Positions 28,527 to 37,520 of a stretch of DNA of 64,000 nucleotides are shown here, piece by piece. Source of the DNA: a virus; IMG/VR virus record IMGVR_UViG_3300045988_042533, positions 30,905 to 94,904 of that record; one strand, written 5' to 3'. Within the stretch, counting starts at the first letter, position 1. The number at the start of each line of letters is the position of its first letter. A program made the position numbers and the translations under genes. Under the pieces are notes generated by a model, which was not told where the DNA came from, searched no databases, and saw only the letters and a list, made by a program, of their open reading frames with translations.

Positions 28527-30818
28527 TCAAAATAAATCTCTATTATAAAAGTTATCACTAGTTTCAAGAATTTTCTTCCTAGCACTAAGTTCTTTAGCAG
28601 CTTGCACATCACTTTGTTTCCATTGAAGTGCATGAATAATCATTTCTGAAACACGGTCAAAGTTACCAACACTATTCCATTTCTTCAACTCTAGAATAGT
28701 TTGATAATCATAAATAGTATGAAAAAATAATTTAGGTTTACCATGTTCATCTTTGCCAACTTCACTATAAAGCATTTCTTTAAGCATACGAAGTCCTTCA
28801 AGAACTTTAGTAGAACCTGTTCCACTTCCACCGCCCATATTAACACCATAACTAGCACTAACATGAGCTTTAAGACTAGTATCCCATATTTCTACAGGGT
28901 CTTTCATTAAATATTTGAGAGCTTTCCATTTAGTAAAATTACTAACAGTTTCACCACGATTGACCTCAACACCAGTAGTTCCAATACAATTATAATATCT
29001 AGCTAGAAGATAACATATCTTATCAGCTTCTTCAAGTTTTTCAGGACGACCATAATAAGCGCAAACTAAAGCTGTTTTAAAGTTATTGTAAGGAGAAGGA
29101 TTCATCCAAACTTTAATACTATTGTGAGAATGTTTGTTAGTAATGGCTGCTTTCTCTTTGTTAACACCAACAGGGTCATAACTAATACTATAAAGTCCAG
29201 GAGGTGTACCATAAGTAAGTTGACCTTTAGAATCTTTGTATTGTATCTTCATTGGATTAAACCATTTACGAATACAACCATGAGGATGTTCATTACCACG
29301 TCTAGGAACACCTTCAATCCAATCATAAAAGTCTACATTATGTCTACCACCTTCTTTTTCTATTCTAGCATTAGTTTTAAATTCAACTCCACCTTTGTTG
29401 TCTTCATACAACATTCCATCAACATAAAACTTATAAGCATTATCAACTCTAAGCTTTTCTTCCCATTCCATAAGTTCTTCACTACTAAATAGATTCTCAG
29501 TAGCAGAACTAAATGATTCAGAAGGCATAAGAGCATACTGACCTAGATAATTAATATAATCAGCAAAAGTTTTAGCTTTTTCTTTTTTAATTTTACGTTC
29601 ACGAAGAGCAATACGAATACCAACTTCAATGTCTGAATTACCATCAGCATCCATAGCAATCTTATCACCAATTCTACCTTGAAGACCCCAACAATAAGGT
29701 TTAAAATAACCACAAACTTCATTCCTCATATCTTTATCCCAAACATTTTCAAAAGGCATAAAGTTAAAAGATTGAGGACTATAAAAGTTTTGTTCAAAGA
29801 TTTGCATATTACCACTAGTAGCAGTACCCCAAGCACATAAGTTACCTGTTGTATAACTACCAGTTCTCATAGCAGGCTCAGTAACATTCATAAATTCATC
29901 AAAGTTATCCATTGTAGAAACCTCTTCAACTTTAACTTTGACAGCATCTTTACCAATAGCACAATCAGGATTATTCATTGCTGAAACACTAAACAAAGCA
30001 CTATTCCAAGATTTAGGAGATACTACACCATTAGGAAGTTTATAACCTAATACAAAGTTTTCATTATTAAGAGAAAGAATACCACGCTTAAAGAAAGTTT
30101 CATTCTCATAGAAACGAAGATTAGCAATAGTAAAATCAGTAAGACCGCCTTTAGCAGTAAGAAACTTCTTATCAACAGCCACATGAATACAAACCTTATT
30201 AGGAGAAAGATTTATTTCATTAGCACTATCAGCAGCCATAATATAACTAAAACCTCCACGTCTAGTTTTATCTATAAGAAGATGAAATCCGTTAAGTATA
30301 GCAAATTCCATACAAGCAAAAGTCCAAAATTGAGCATCAATAAATTTAGGAAAATCATGATGTTTTTTAGCAACACTAGCTTTATCACTATAACTAATAC
30401 TAGATTCATCTAGCTGTTCCATATTAATATAATTAAGATAATTATACATAGAACCACTAATATGAAGATTTTCTAATTTACCATTACGAAGCAAACAAGG
30501 AGCATCAAAACCATGTTTTCTTCTATATTCTTCTCTCTTACGAAGTTGTCTATGAGGAATACTATCTTCTTTAAAGAAAGTATATTTGTCATTAGCTCTA
30601 TGGAAATCAGCCATTTCTGTAAGTTTGTGCGTATCTACAAACCTATCATCAAGATTAATATCCATAAGAAAACCTCCACTATCTCCAATCATAAATAGAT
30701 TATTCGGGTCATTATATCCAGCATCTCTAGCTCTTTTATAATGACTTTTATCCTCAAGAATATAACTAAGAAAAGGATATTCTCTAATAAATTTATCAAC
30801 TATCTCAACTTCTTCCAT
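28527..30818 (-). CDS. terL: Terminase large subunit (763 aa)
   Basis: Terminase-type P-loop variant IDKTRRGGFSYIMA (K-x-R-R-x-G-x-S). Size and position upstream of the portal. Confidence 0.7.
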   Translation of the reverse strand: MEEVEIVDKFIREYPFLSYILEDKSHYKRARDAGYNDPNNLFMIGDSGGFLMDINLDDRFVDTHKLTEMADFHRANDKYTFFKEDSIPHRQLRKREEYRRKHGFDAPCLLRNGKLENLHISGSMYNYLNYINMEQLDESSISYSDKASVAKKHHDFPKFIDAQFWTFACMEFAILNGFHLLIDKTRRGGFSYIMAADSANEINLSPNKVCIHVAVDKKFLTAKGGLTDFTIANLRFYENETFFKRGILSLNNENFVLGYKLPNGVVSPKSWNSALFSVSAMNNPDCAIGKDAVKVKVEEVSTMDNFDEFMNVTEPAMRTGSYTTGNLCAWGTATSGNMQIFEQNFYSPQSFNFMPFENVWDKDMRNEVCGYFKPYCWGLQGRIGDKIAMDADGNSDIEVGIRIALRERKIKKEKAKTFADYINYLGQYALMPSESFSSATENLFSSEELMEWEEKLRVDNAYKFYVDGMLYEDNKGGVEFKTNARIEKEGGRHNVDFYDWIEGVPRRGNEHPHGCIRKWFNPMKIQYKDSKGQLTYGTPPGLYSISYDPVGVNKEKAAITNKHSHNSIKVWMNPSPYNNFKTALVCAYYGRPEKLEEADKICYLLARYYNCIGTTGVEVNRGETVSNFTKWKALKYLMKDPVEIWDTSLKAHVSASYGVNMGGGSGTGSTKVLEGLRMLKEMLYSEVGKDEHGKPKLFFHTIYDYQTILELKKWNSVGNFDRVSEMIIHALQWKQSDVQAAKELSARKKILETSDNFYNRDLF

Positions 30819-30820
30819 AC

Positions 30821-31180
30821 CTACAATATACTTATAATAAACAAAATGATAGATGCTGCACCAGCAACACCTATCACATTTCTTTGTTTAGTAACTTTAT
30901 TAACCTTAGTTTTAAGTTGAACTATAGTTTTATCATTATCAGCTATAATGCAACTATCATTATGAACTATATTTCTAAGAACCTTATTAGCTTCTTTTTC
31001 ATATTTAAGTTCCACTAATTTACCATTTACTATACGTAAATCATCAATAGAAACACTAACTGAATCTTGATTAACTAGCTCCCCCGTAGAAGATATGTAT
31101 TGATTACTCCCTGATAAGTCTATAGAACAACTTAACAGTACTATCATCGTCAAGTGTTTTAACTTCAATAACTTTCGCAT
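30821..31180 (-). CDS. Lipoprotein with C-terminal TM anchor (unimolecular-spanin-like architecture)
   Basis: Signal plus lipobox MIVLLSC, and C-terminal TM VIGVAGAASIILFIISIL. Overlaps the upstream gene by 77 nt in another frame. Carries the GC-rich motif in frame (SSTGEL). Confidence 0.5.
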   Translation of the reverse strand: MRKLLKLKHLTMIVLLSCSIDLSGSNQYISSTGELVNQDSVSVSIDDLRIVNGKLVELKYEKEANKVLRNIVHNDSCIIADNDKTIVQLKTKVNKVTKQRNVIGVAGAASIILFIISIL

Positions 31181-31373
31181 TTTTAATACTATCTAAATTA
31201 TCAACTTTAATTTTTAAACTATCATTATACTTTTGTAGTTCAATCTTAGTTTCAATAATATGGTTATTCTTTTTATAATAGTAATCACCAATAATTATAG
31301 AAGCACAAAGAACAACTACAAGAATTATAAATACTGTACAACCTTTATTAATTTCATTACTAAAAAAATCCAT
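31104..31373 (-). CDS. Single-TM small protein (holin or i-spanin candidate)
   Basis: N-terminal TM CTVFIILVVVLCASIIIG followed by a charged coiled-coil-like tail. Its ATG overlaps the endolysin stop (TAATG). Confidence 0.5.
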   Translation of the reverse strand: MDFFSNEINKGCTVFIILVVVLCASIIIGDYYYKKNNHIIETKIELQKYNDSLKIKVDNLDSIKNAKVIEVKTLDDDSTVKLFYRLIRE

Positions 31374-31981
31374 TACATATCCTCCTCATTAATTAAAGTA
31401 TAAGTAAATGTCTTACAACCAGTATAAGCAATTTGTTTCTTAGCTACAGCTACAAGTATTACAAGATTACTAGCACTAGCTACAACTTGACAACCTGCAC
31501 TCCAATTATTAATAACTGTAGATTCAAGACCTGCTTTATGAATATTAATTCCAAATACACCTTCATCTATAGAAATTGGATTATAATCATACATTTCATC
31601 ATGATTATTATCTCTATAAACTTTAACAGGTTTTCTTTGAACTAAAGCTTCATATTTACCTTTATGTTTACCTAATTGATAACAACCTCTATATTGACCA
31701 GGAACAAGTATAGCACAACCTTTAACATTAGATGGATGTTTAAGTTCTGTTATACCAGGGTCTGTAGTAGCAGGAAAAACATATCTTATAGTTTTATCAA
31801 GTTCATCATTATAAATTAAAACTATAGCATCATCAAAGGTATTTGTACATTCTTTACCTTTAGCTCTAACACCTATGATATTAAGATTATACTTACCTTT
31901 TGTAAAATAAGCATAACCTTTACCTTCTAAAAGTGTTTTAAAATCATATTTCTTACATTTATTAATTAATTCTTTATTCAT
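31373..31981 (-). CDS. Putative cell-wall hydrolase / endolysin (YkuD-like H...C motif)
   Basis: GINIHKAG...NWSAGCQVV resembles the His/Cys catalytic pair of L,D-peptidase-type folds. Located next to membrane and lipoprotein genes. Confidence 0.45.
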   Translation of the reverse strand: MNKELINKCKKYDFKTLLEGKGYAYFTKGKYNLNIIGVRAKGKECTNTFDDAIVLIYNDELDKTIRYVFPATTDPGITELKHPSNVKGCAILVPGQYRGCYQLGKHKGKYEALVQRKPVKVYRDNNHDEMYDYNPISIDEGVFGINIHKAGLESTVINNWSAGCQVVASASNLVILVAVAKKQIAYTGCKTFTYTLINEEDM

Positions 31982-31987
31982 AACAAT

Positions 31988-32980
31988 TTAAAATAAACTA
32001 AGTTGATTATTAACTTTATTACTATTACTATCCAAAAAAGTTTTTCTATCTCTTAATATAGCATCTACTTCATTACGAAGATAATTAATATGATACCAAT
32101 TTACAGTTTCTTCACCGTTTTCGTCAATAGGATATTGATTATTTTTATCTCTATAAGGCATACCATATTGATTTTTCACAAAAGGACTTCCAATATGACA
32201 TAGACCTAAACCTACACAAGGAATACCTAGAATAAGCTCAACCATTCTAGCATAAGTAGAAAGTTGCATAGTGTAGTGCATACCATTACAATTATCCAAA
32301 TGAGAAAGAGGAGGTAACATTTTTTCATCTTTAACAATATATTGATTAGTTAGCTGAGCAGGAGTTGTAGACTTATCCTTTTTAAAATATCCAGCTTCAA
32401 ATTGAAGACCATTTCTATTAGTTTTCCAATCTAGAATTACAAATCTATCCTCTTTAATACATAATATATCTATAGTTCCACTAATAAGATAATCAATAAG
32501 AAAAGCACCAATTTCAGAATAAATAGTATAACCTTTATTTATATAGAAATCAAACACATCATAAATCTTTTGATACTTATTATTAGTAGCTTCTTTAAAT
32601 TTATCCAAATCTAAAGGTCTAGGAATTAGATTAGGAATATCTGCAACTGTAATACAACGACCACTTTCAACTTGATTAAGATATTGTATGGCATTTTTAA
32701 ACATACTATTTTCTTTAATAGCATCTTCTATACCATTATGAGTCGCAGTTCCTCTAGTACAAGCTTCATCTGTTATAGCTTGCCACTGTCTTTCAAGTTC
32801 TTTAGAACTAATACCTAGCTCTCTAGACTTCTTTCTAAGCCAATACTTTTTATCAAATTTAGGTGTGTAGTTCTCATGTATCATAGTAGTAACACTAATG
32901 TAACTATTACCTAAACTATCAGTATATTTATGAGTAGGTTCATCAAAATAAAGATAATCGGTATTATATCTAGAATCCAT
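31988..32980 (-). CDS. PD-(D/E)XK (RecB/Cas4-like) nuclease
   Basis: GTIDILC...FVILDWKT (D...D/E-x-K) together with downstream QLSTY. N-terminal HKY...SVT and THNGIE motifs. Confidence 0.6.
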   Translation of the reverse strand: MDSRYNTDYLYFDEPTHKYTDSLGNSYISVTTMIHENYTPKFDKKYWLRKKSRELGISSKELERQWQAITDEACTRGTATHNGIEDAIKENSMFKNAIQYLNQVESGRCITVADIPNLIPRPLDLDKFKEATNNKYQKIYDVFDFYINKGYTIYSEIGAFLIDYLISGTIDILCIKEDRFVILDWKTNRNGLQFEAGYFKKDKSTTPAQLTNQYIVKDEKMLPPLSHLDNCNGMHYTMQLSTYARMVELILGIPCVGLGLCHIGSPFVKNQYGMPYRDKNNQYPIDENGEETVNWYHINYLRNEVDAILRDRKTFLDSNSNKVNNQLSLF

Positions 32981-32986
32981 AACTTA

Positions 32987-33598
32987 TTAATAATTACTAG
33001 CATCCATTGAACTTAATACAGCATTACCACCTCTAGCAACTTCAGTTTCTTTTTCATACATAAGATTCTGTTTAGCTTCTTCTAGTTTTTTAATTATACT
33101 AGGAAGCTCACTAGCTTTCTTATTAACATTATCAACCATTCCTAGAATGTTTGGTAAATCGTCAAGAGTAAGACCTGATTGAAGTTTTTCATTAAGAATA
33201 CTATTAATAGCATCAACTGATAGATTTATATTATGAATACCTTTTTGAATATTCTCAACAACTTTACCAGCTTCAGTTATATTTTGATAATAATATCTTT
33301 TAATTATCTTTTGAACAAGTTCATCAGGAATATAATCATCTTTAAGACCTGCTTGTTGAATAGCCATTTTCAATGATTCAGCATCACTAAGTCCACTTTG
33401 TTTAGCAGGAGATTTAGGGTCTCCAAGATAATAAATAACTATACACTCTTTGATATAATTAGATTTATCTTTAGTTTTATCTCTAGTGTATAATTGCTTA
33501 ATATCTTTATCCATTAATTGACGAATAGTTGGAGCAACAGGCATACCACTATCATCAATCACTAACATCTTATCTATTATTAAATCAACACTAATCAT
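32987..33598 (-). CDS. Hypothetical protein (203 aa)
   Basis: ORF track. 4-nt overlap with the upstream gene. Confidence 0.6.
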   Translation of the reverse strand: MISVDLIIDKMLVIDDSGMPVAPTIRQLMDKDIKQLYTRDKTKDKSNYIKECIVIYYLGDPKSPAKQSGLSDAESLKMAIQQAGLKDDYIPDELVQKIIKRYYYQNITEAGKVVENIQKGIHNINLSVDAINSILNEKLQSGLTLDDLPNILGMVDNVNKKASELPSIIKKLEEAKQNLMYEKETEVARGGNAVLSSMDASNY

Positions 33599-34086
33599 AC
33601 AGGTTCAATAGTTTCTTCAATACAAGTAAAAGTTCTAAAGAAATACATCATAAGACGTGCATAAGATTCACCATAGTTTTCAACATAATAATTATAAAGC
33701 TTTCTATTATCTGTAATAGACATAGAAACTAGATAATTATAATGTCTAAGATACTTATTCTCAACAAGATTATCAATAACAAGCTTCTTACGAAACATAA
33801 CATATTCTTGTTTGCTCATAGTTTTCTCAGCTTGTCTTACAACATCAATGTTATCTATAATGGCTTTCTTATTTTCATTATATCTAATAGTACCTATAAA
33901 AGGTAGACTTGTCCATCTACCTTCTTTGATAAAATTAGAAGCATCTAGCTCTAGTTGTTTAATTAAATCTAAAGCTATTTCCTTATCTATAATGTTATCA
34001 TCAATAGTTTCTAGAACATCTTCTTTTCTAACTATTGTAACATCATAGCCTCTAGGAAACTTTCTAGTACTCTTATCACTTGACAT
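33595..34086 (-). CDS. Hypothetical protein (163 aa)
   Basis: ORF track. The GC-rich motif lies 34 nt upstream of the ATG. Confidence 0.6.
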   Translation of the reverse strand: MSSDKSTRKFPRGYDVTIVRKEDVLETIDDNIIDKEIALDLIKQLELDASNFIKEGRWTSLPFIGTIRYNENKKAIIDNIDVVRQAEKTMSKQEYVMFRKKLVIDNLVENKYLRHYNYLVSMSITDNRKLYNYYVENYGESYARLMMYFFRTFTCIEETIEPV

Positions 34087-34106
34087 ACTATAATGATTAA
34101 TATGAA

Positions 34107-34685
34107 TTACTTATCTAGCTCCCCCGTAGAAGAAGTATGGATGAATGTCAAATTACTACTACTACGTTCACTTTTTAGCCTATCATTAACTCTAAATCTA
34201 TGTCCATGAATATAACTATTAGGAACTACTTTAAAACTAACAAAGCAAGCTTTATCTTGAATCAAAATACTATCTTTATAAATAGTAGGGTTCTCATTAA
34301 CAATAGCAAGGAAATAATTAATATCCAAAACATTGTCTTCTCCAGCTACAGTTTGACTAATAGCTATATCACTACCTGTCATAATAAGTTTATCTCCAAG
34401 ATGAAGACCTGCTACAAACTCCTTAGCACTAGTACCTACTGCTGTTTTAATAAACAAAGGAATACACATACTAGTTCCATTATTCTTCTTTTTAGCATTT
34501 GAAATAATAACAGAAGGAGTTTCTTTACAAACAAGAGCAATCAGAGAATAATTAGGAGCTACTAGAATAGAAGTAGTTTTGTCAACTAAATACTCAAGAG
34601 GAATCTCACTAAGTTTAGTAGGAAGATTGTATTCTAACTCTACATTCTTACCTGTAACATCTTTGCTAAGTTTAAATTTAATCAT
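34107..34685 (-). CDS. Hypothetical protein, first gene of the leftward arm (192 aa)
   Basis: ORF track. The C-terminal residues SSTGELDK are encoded by the GC-rich motif at 34117-34132. Confidence 0.6.
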   Translation of the reverse strand: MIKFKLSKDVTGKNVELEYNLPTKLSEIPLEYLVDKTTSILVAPNYSLIALVCKETPSVIISNAKKKNNGTSMCIPLFIKTAVGTSAKEFVAGLHLGDKLIMTGSDIAISQTVAGEDNVLDINYFLAIVNENPTIYKDSILIQDKACFVSFKVVPNSYIHGHRFRVNDRLKSERSSSNLTFIHTSSTGELDK

Positions 34686-34762
34686 AATGTATAAGTTATT
34701 TAATTTTTAAAATAAGACTACTATTGAAACTGAAGGTCAACTTGTAGTCCGTTATTGTGATA

Positions 34763-34793
34763 CAAATATAGATATTTACTTAATTGTATCAAA
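34763..34793 (-). promoter_or_regulatory. Bacteroides-type promoter for the leftward arm (TTTG-N19-TATATTTG)
   Basis: - strand TTTG (34793-34790), 19-nt spacer, TATATTTG (34770-34763). About 78 nt upstream of ATG 34685. Confidence 0.6.
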
Positions 34794-34883
34794 ATCCATT
34801 AAGTTAAATTAACTTAATGTAAAAATAATCATATAAATTTCATTTTATCAAGCATATATAATAAAGGTATAAATATAATAAGG

Positions 34884-35420
34884 TATATTTGCATCAGGAG
34901 CACTGCGGAGATATACAGCGGTATAATAATGACAAGTACTTAAATAAAGGAAAGTCTCTCAAGCGTTCTATATTAAGTATGGAGTGTTGTAGATGTTCGG
35001 TAGCCGAAAGTGAGAACAGGTCAACAAATACCTTTAATATCTACTCTAGATACTGCTAGAGATTCTATACAATTAATAGTAACCAAACTATTGTGTGGAA
35101 AGTCTTGCTCTAGTGGGAACGGTGCAGTAAGGAGAACTCCTCCCTTAACACATAGGAGAACTCTGAAGATATATTATTTGATTTACAAAGTTGATAACTG
35201 TAAGTCTTATAATAATCTAATGACTTATTATGCTTATAGTTATAATAATGATATTATTAATACAACTTCAAACTTCAGGACTTTATCGACTTGTTGATTT
35301 TATTATATGTATATCTAAGCATTGCTCTAATTAAGAAGTTGTTATTATAATATATAATTCATGTGTTATGACCACATAAATTGAAGATGCTACGAGTTGT
35401 GAAACTAGTAGCATTTTTTA
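34884..35420 (+). ncRNA. Candidate ~520-nt non-coding transcript (orphan -7 box to orphan terminator)
   Basis: TATATTTG at 34884-34891 on the + strand (no -33 TTTG). GC-richer ORF-poor segment with local hairpins (TTCGG-TAG-CCGAA near 35000; ATGTG/CACAT). Ends at a + strand terminator. Confidence 0.3.
35387..35420 (+). terminator. Rho-independent terminator with no upstream + strand CDS
   Basis: Stem ATGCTAC (35387-35393) / GTAGCAT (35408-35414), followed by TTTTTTA. Confidence 0.65.
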
Positions 35421-35460
35421 TTGCCCTAAAGTTAATGATACTAGACATAATAAATATAGT

Positions 35461-35567
35461 AGCTCCCCCGTAGAAGAAATGTATGATGAATAAACTCTTG
35501 CTAGTTATAATTAGTTATACTAGTCAAAGAGTGAATTATATCATAATCCCTTCTACGGGGGAGTTAG
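35461..35567. repeat. Inverted pair of the GC-rich motif (~105-nt imperfect hairpin) at the divergence point
   Basis: CTCCCCCGTAGAAG (35463-35476) / CTTCTACGGGGGAG (35550-35563). Inner pairings are TATGAT/ATCATA, ACTCTT/AAGAGT and CTAGT/ACTAG. Confidence 0.8.
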
Positions 35568-35941
35568 TTTTACTATCAGTGAAGATGATGAAGAAGCGTC
35601 AGCTTCTGAAACATCTGAACGGAATTATAGTCATCAAACATCTAGCTCTACTAGCAGTAATAGTTATAATCATAATAATATGATTGCAGTTAGATGATAA
35701 TATAATAATGAAATTATAACTTTAGATTATAATGATAGTAGAGTTAAAACTAAAACTAGAGTTTGAGATAGAGCTTAAATTGATAATGATTATAACAATT
35801 ATAATATTAAAATTGACGCTAATAATGATGATAGTAATAGTATAAATATAGTAAAGGATTGGGAAATAATGATAATGATAAAGATACTAAGAGTGATAAT
35901 TATAAAAGTAATAATGTTATTGATAGTAATAAATAAAACTT

Positions 35942-36090
35942 TATAGGTGTGAGTGGGGTAATTATATTGATAATGGTAATAATAGTAAAAGAAATAATGA
36001 ATACAGAAGTTTGTAAATACAATAAAGCAAGTAAAATTAAAGGTGTGAATAAATAAATATAAATAAATGAGGTTATAGGTGTGAGTGGGG
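35942..36090. repeat. Direct repeats TATAGGTGTGAGTGGGG x2 (plus a partial AGGTGTGA) in very AT-rich DNA
   Basis: Copies at 35942-35958 and 36074-36090, with a partial at 36041-36048. Each is preceded by AATAAATAAA-like tracts. Confidence 0.7.
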
Positions 36091-36243
36091 GTGTATGTAC
36101 TGCAACCCCTGGCTCTCAAAGTAAGAGTTGAATCACCCCCGTCCTCGACAACAATAAAAAACCAACTTCTCACATCAATAAAAAACCAAGTCTTGGCAGA
36201 AAAGGCTTCTGCCCTTGATTAATTAATTAAACAAATTATCATT

Positions 36244-36741
36244 ATGGAAAAGAAGACTATGGTACTGAGCGTTAACTTTACTAATCTGTTCAACGACAAA
36301 GAAGACAGAATGAAGCTTGGCTTCAAGTTCAAGGAGAAATTTGATGCTCGCAAAGTAGACAAAACTACTGGCGAATACATCATAACCAAGGACAACGAGT
36401 TATCCTTCACGAAGAAACAGTTCGTATTCAAATTGCAGGACAACTTTGTCATTAACTTAATGGCGACAAACCTAAAGTTTGAAGAACTATTACCTATTGA
36501 GGTAACAACAATCTTCAAAGATGTCAAACTTACTATCGACCGTACTCGCCTTGAAGAAGGTGATACATATCTCGATATTGACGGTAATGAACAGACAGCT
36601 GACGGTGAGATGTTTCTTACTGAACTCAAAGACATTGAGTTCACAGACAAAAACATCAATGCAATCAAAGCTGCCATACTTGGTCAAGCTCCTGAAAAGG
36701 ACAAAGACAAAGTTGCTGCAATGCTCGAAATTGTACTCTAA
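36244..36741 (+). CDS. Probable highly expressed early protein (165 aa), unknown function
   Basis: GC-richer, biased codons (AAG/TTC/GAC) that produce a mirror ORF on the - strand. Has its own long hairpin terminator and is flanked by CA-rich direct repeats. Confidence 0.65.
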   Translation: MEKKTMVLSVNFTNLFNDKEDRMKLGFKFKEKFDARKVDKTTGEYIITKDNELSFTKKQFVFKLQDNFVINLMATNLKFEELLPIEVTTIFKDVKLTIDRTRLEEGDTYLDIDGNEQTADGEMFLTELKDIEFTDKNINAIKAAILGQAPEKDKDKVAAMLEIVL

Positions 36742-36748
36742 TTAGCTT

Positions 36749-36793
36749 GGCTAATCATGCTGACCACCACAAAGGTCGTTGGCATGATTAGCC
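36749..36793 (+). terminator. 12-bp perfect hairpin after the 165-aa gene
   Basis: GGCTAATCATGC (36749-36760) / GCATGATTAGCC (36782-36793). No T-run. Confidence 0.5.
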
Positions 36794-37068
36794 TGCTAAT
36801 CATTGTCGTTCGACAACAACTAAACAAGCAACTGACAACAATAAACAAACAAGTCTTGACATCAATAAAAAAACAAGGTTCGGTAACAACACATCAAAAT
36901 AGTGGTAAGACTTATGTAAAAGTTTTATAAGACTTATTGATGTTGCAGCTCTTGAAGCTGTTGTAAGTGTTGTTGCTGATGGTTCATCTTGACCATCTAA
37001 AACATTTAGAGATATACCTTAAATTCATCAAGGTATTAAAATATGTGATGATATAACTAATTTAAATA

Positions 37069-37419
37069 ATGGAGTACATTATTATGAATAAAATGAAAAT
37101 TAAAACTTATGGTGAATTTGTTTTTGGTCATTATCGTAATGGCAAAGACATACTTAGAACAAAGGATATTACTGATAATCAAGTAATGGATGCTATTGGT
37201 AAATCTAAAGTGTTCAATGTAAGAGATTGGTTTGGTCATGTAGATGAAGTTAAGTTTACTATTACTAATATAGAGAAAACTGAATATGGTGATTATATTT
37301 ACACTGTAGAAAGTAATAGGGATAATGTACCTGTTAGATACTTCCCTTCTCCTCATCAAATCCTTATTGATAATGATACTATTGCTTCTCCAATATCTTA
37401 TAGTGTTTTATCTGTTTAA
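37069..37419 (+). CDS. Hypothetical early protein (116 aa)
   Basis: ORF track. Confidence 0.55.
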   Translation: MEYIIMNKMKIKTYGEFVFGHYRNGKDILRTKDITDNQVMDAIGKSKVFNVRDWFGHVDEVKFTITNIEKTEYGDYIYTVESNRDNVPVRYFPSPHQILIDNDTIASPISYSVLSV

Positions 37420-37426
37420 ACTACTC

Positions 37427-37466
37427 TTATCTCTCCTGATAATCTCGTTACAATCGGGAGAGATAA
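37427..37466 (+). terminator. 10-bp hairpin after 37069..37419
   Basis: TTATCTCTCC / GGAGAGATAA. No T-run. Confidence 0.4.
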
Positions 37467-37520
37467 TACTCTTAAATAAATAGCAATAATATTAATAATA
37501 AATATAAAACTTATACTCTT

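Noticed and set aside
3624-33900. Numerous 60-170-aa ORFs antisense to or nested in the large late genes (for example 3624..3830, 4617..4859, 6229..6612, 23274..23780, 24648..25004, 29124..29492, 33812..34048)
   Set aside because: They lie wholly within longer, motif-supported or tightly packed genes on the opposite strand or in another frame. Their products are I/F/N/S-rich low-complexity sequences, as expected from AT-rich antisense DNA.
35010-36173. Track ORFs 35010..35297 (+), 35483..35683 (+) and 35799..36173 (-) in the switch region
   Set aside because: 35010..35297 has a non-ATG start. Products are low-complexity I/Y/N-rich. They span hairpins, iterons and AT-rich repeats. There is no coupling to neighbouring genes. 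The region is better explained as regulatory or ncRNA DNA.
36219-36677. 152-aa ORF on the - strand, plus 36490..36687 and 36521..36745
   Set aside because: They mirror or overlap the strongly codon-biased + strand gene 36244..36741. The 152-aa product is S/L/V-rich and low-complexity, typical of antisense artefacts.
8252-36797. Shared 11-mer ATTAGCCTGCT (8252-8262 and 36787-36797) with loose flanking similarity, as a possible repeated intergenic element
   Set aside because: Exact 11-mer matches are expected many times by chance within 64 kb. Flanking similarity is only about 60-65% by eye, and the order of neighbouring features differs.
36900-37020. Q-rich 17-aa mini-ORF on the - strand (MNHQQQHLQQLQELQHQ) and the direct repeat TAAGACTTA twice
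   Set aside because: It is too short, has no start context and sits on the wrong strand for this arm. The repeat is a 9-mer, expected by chance.
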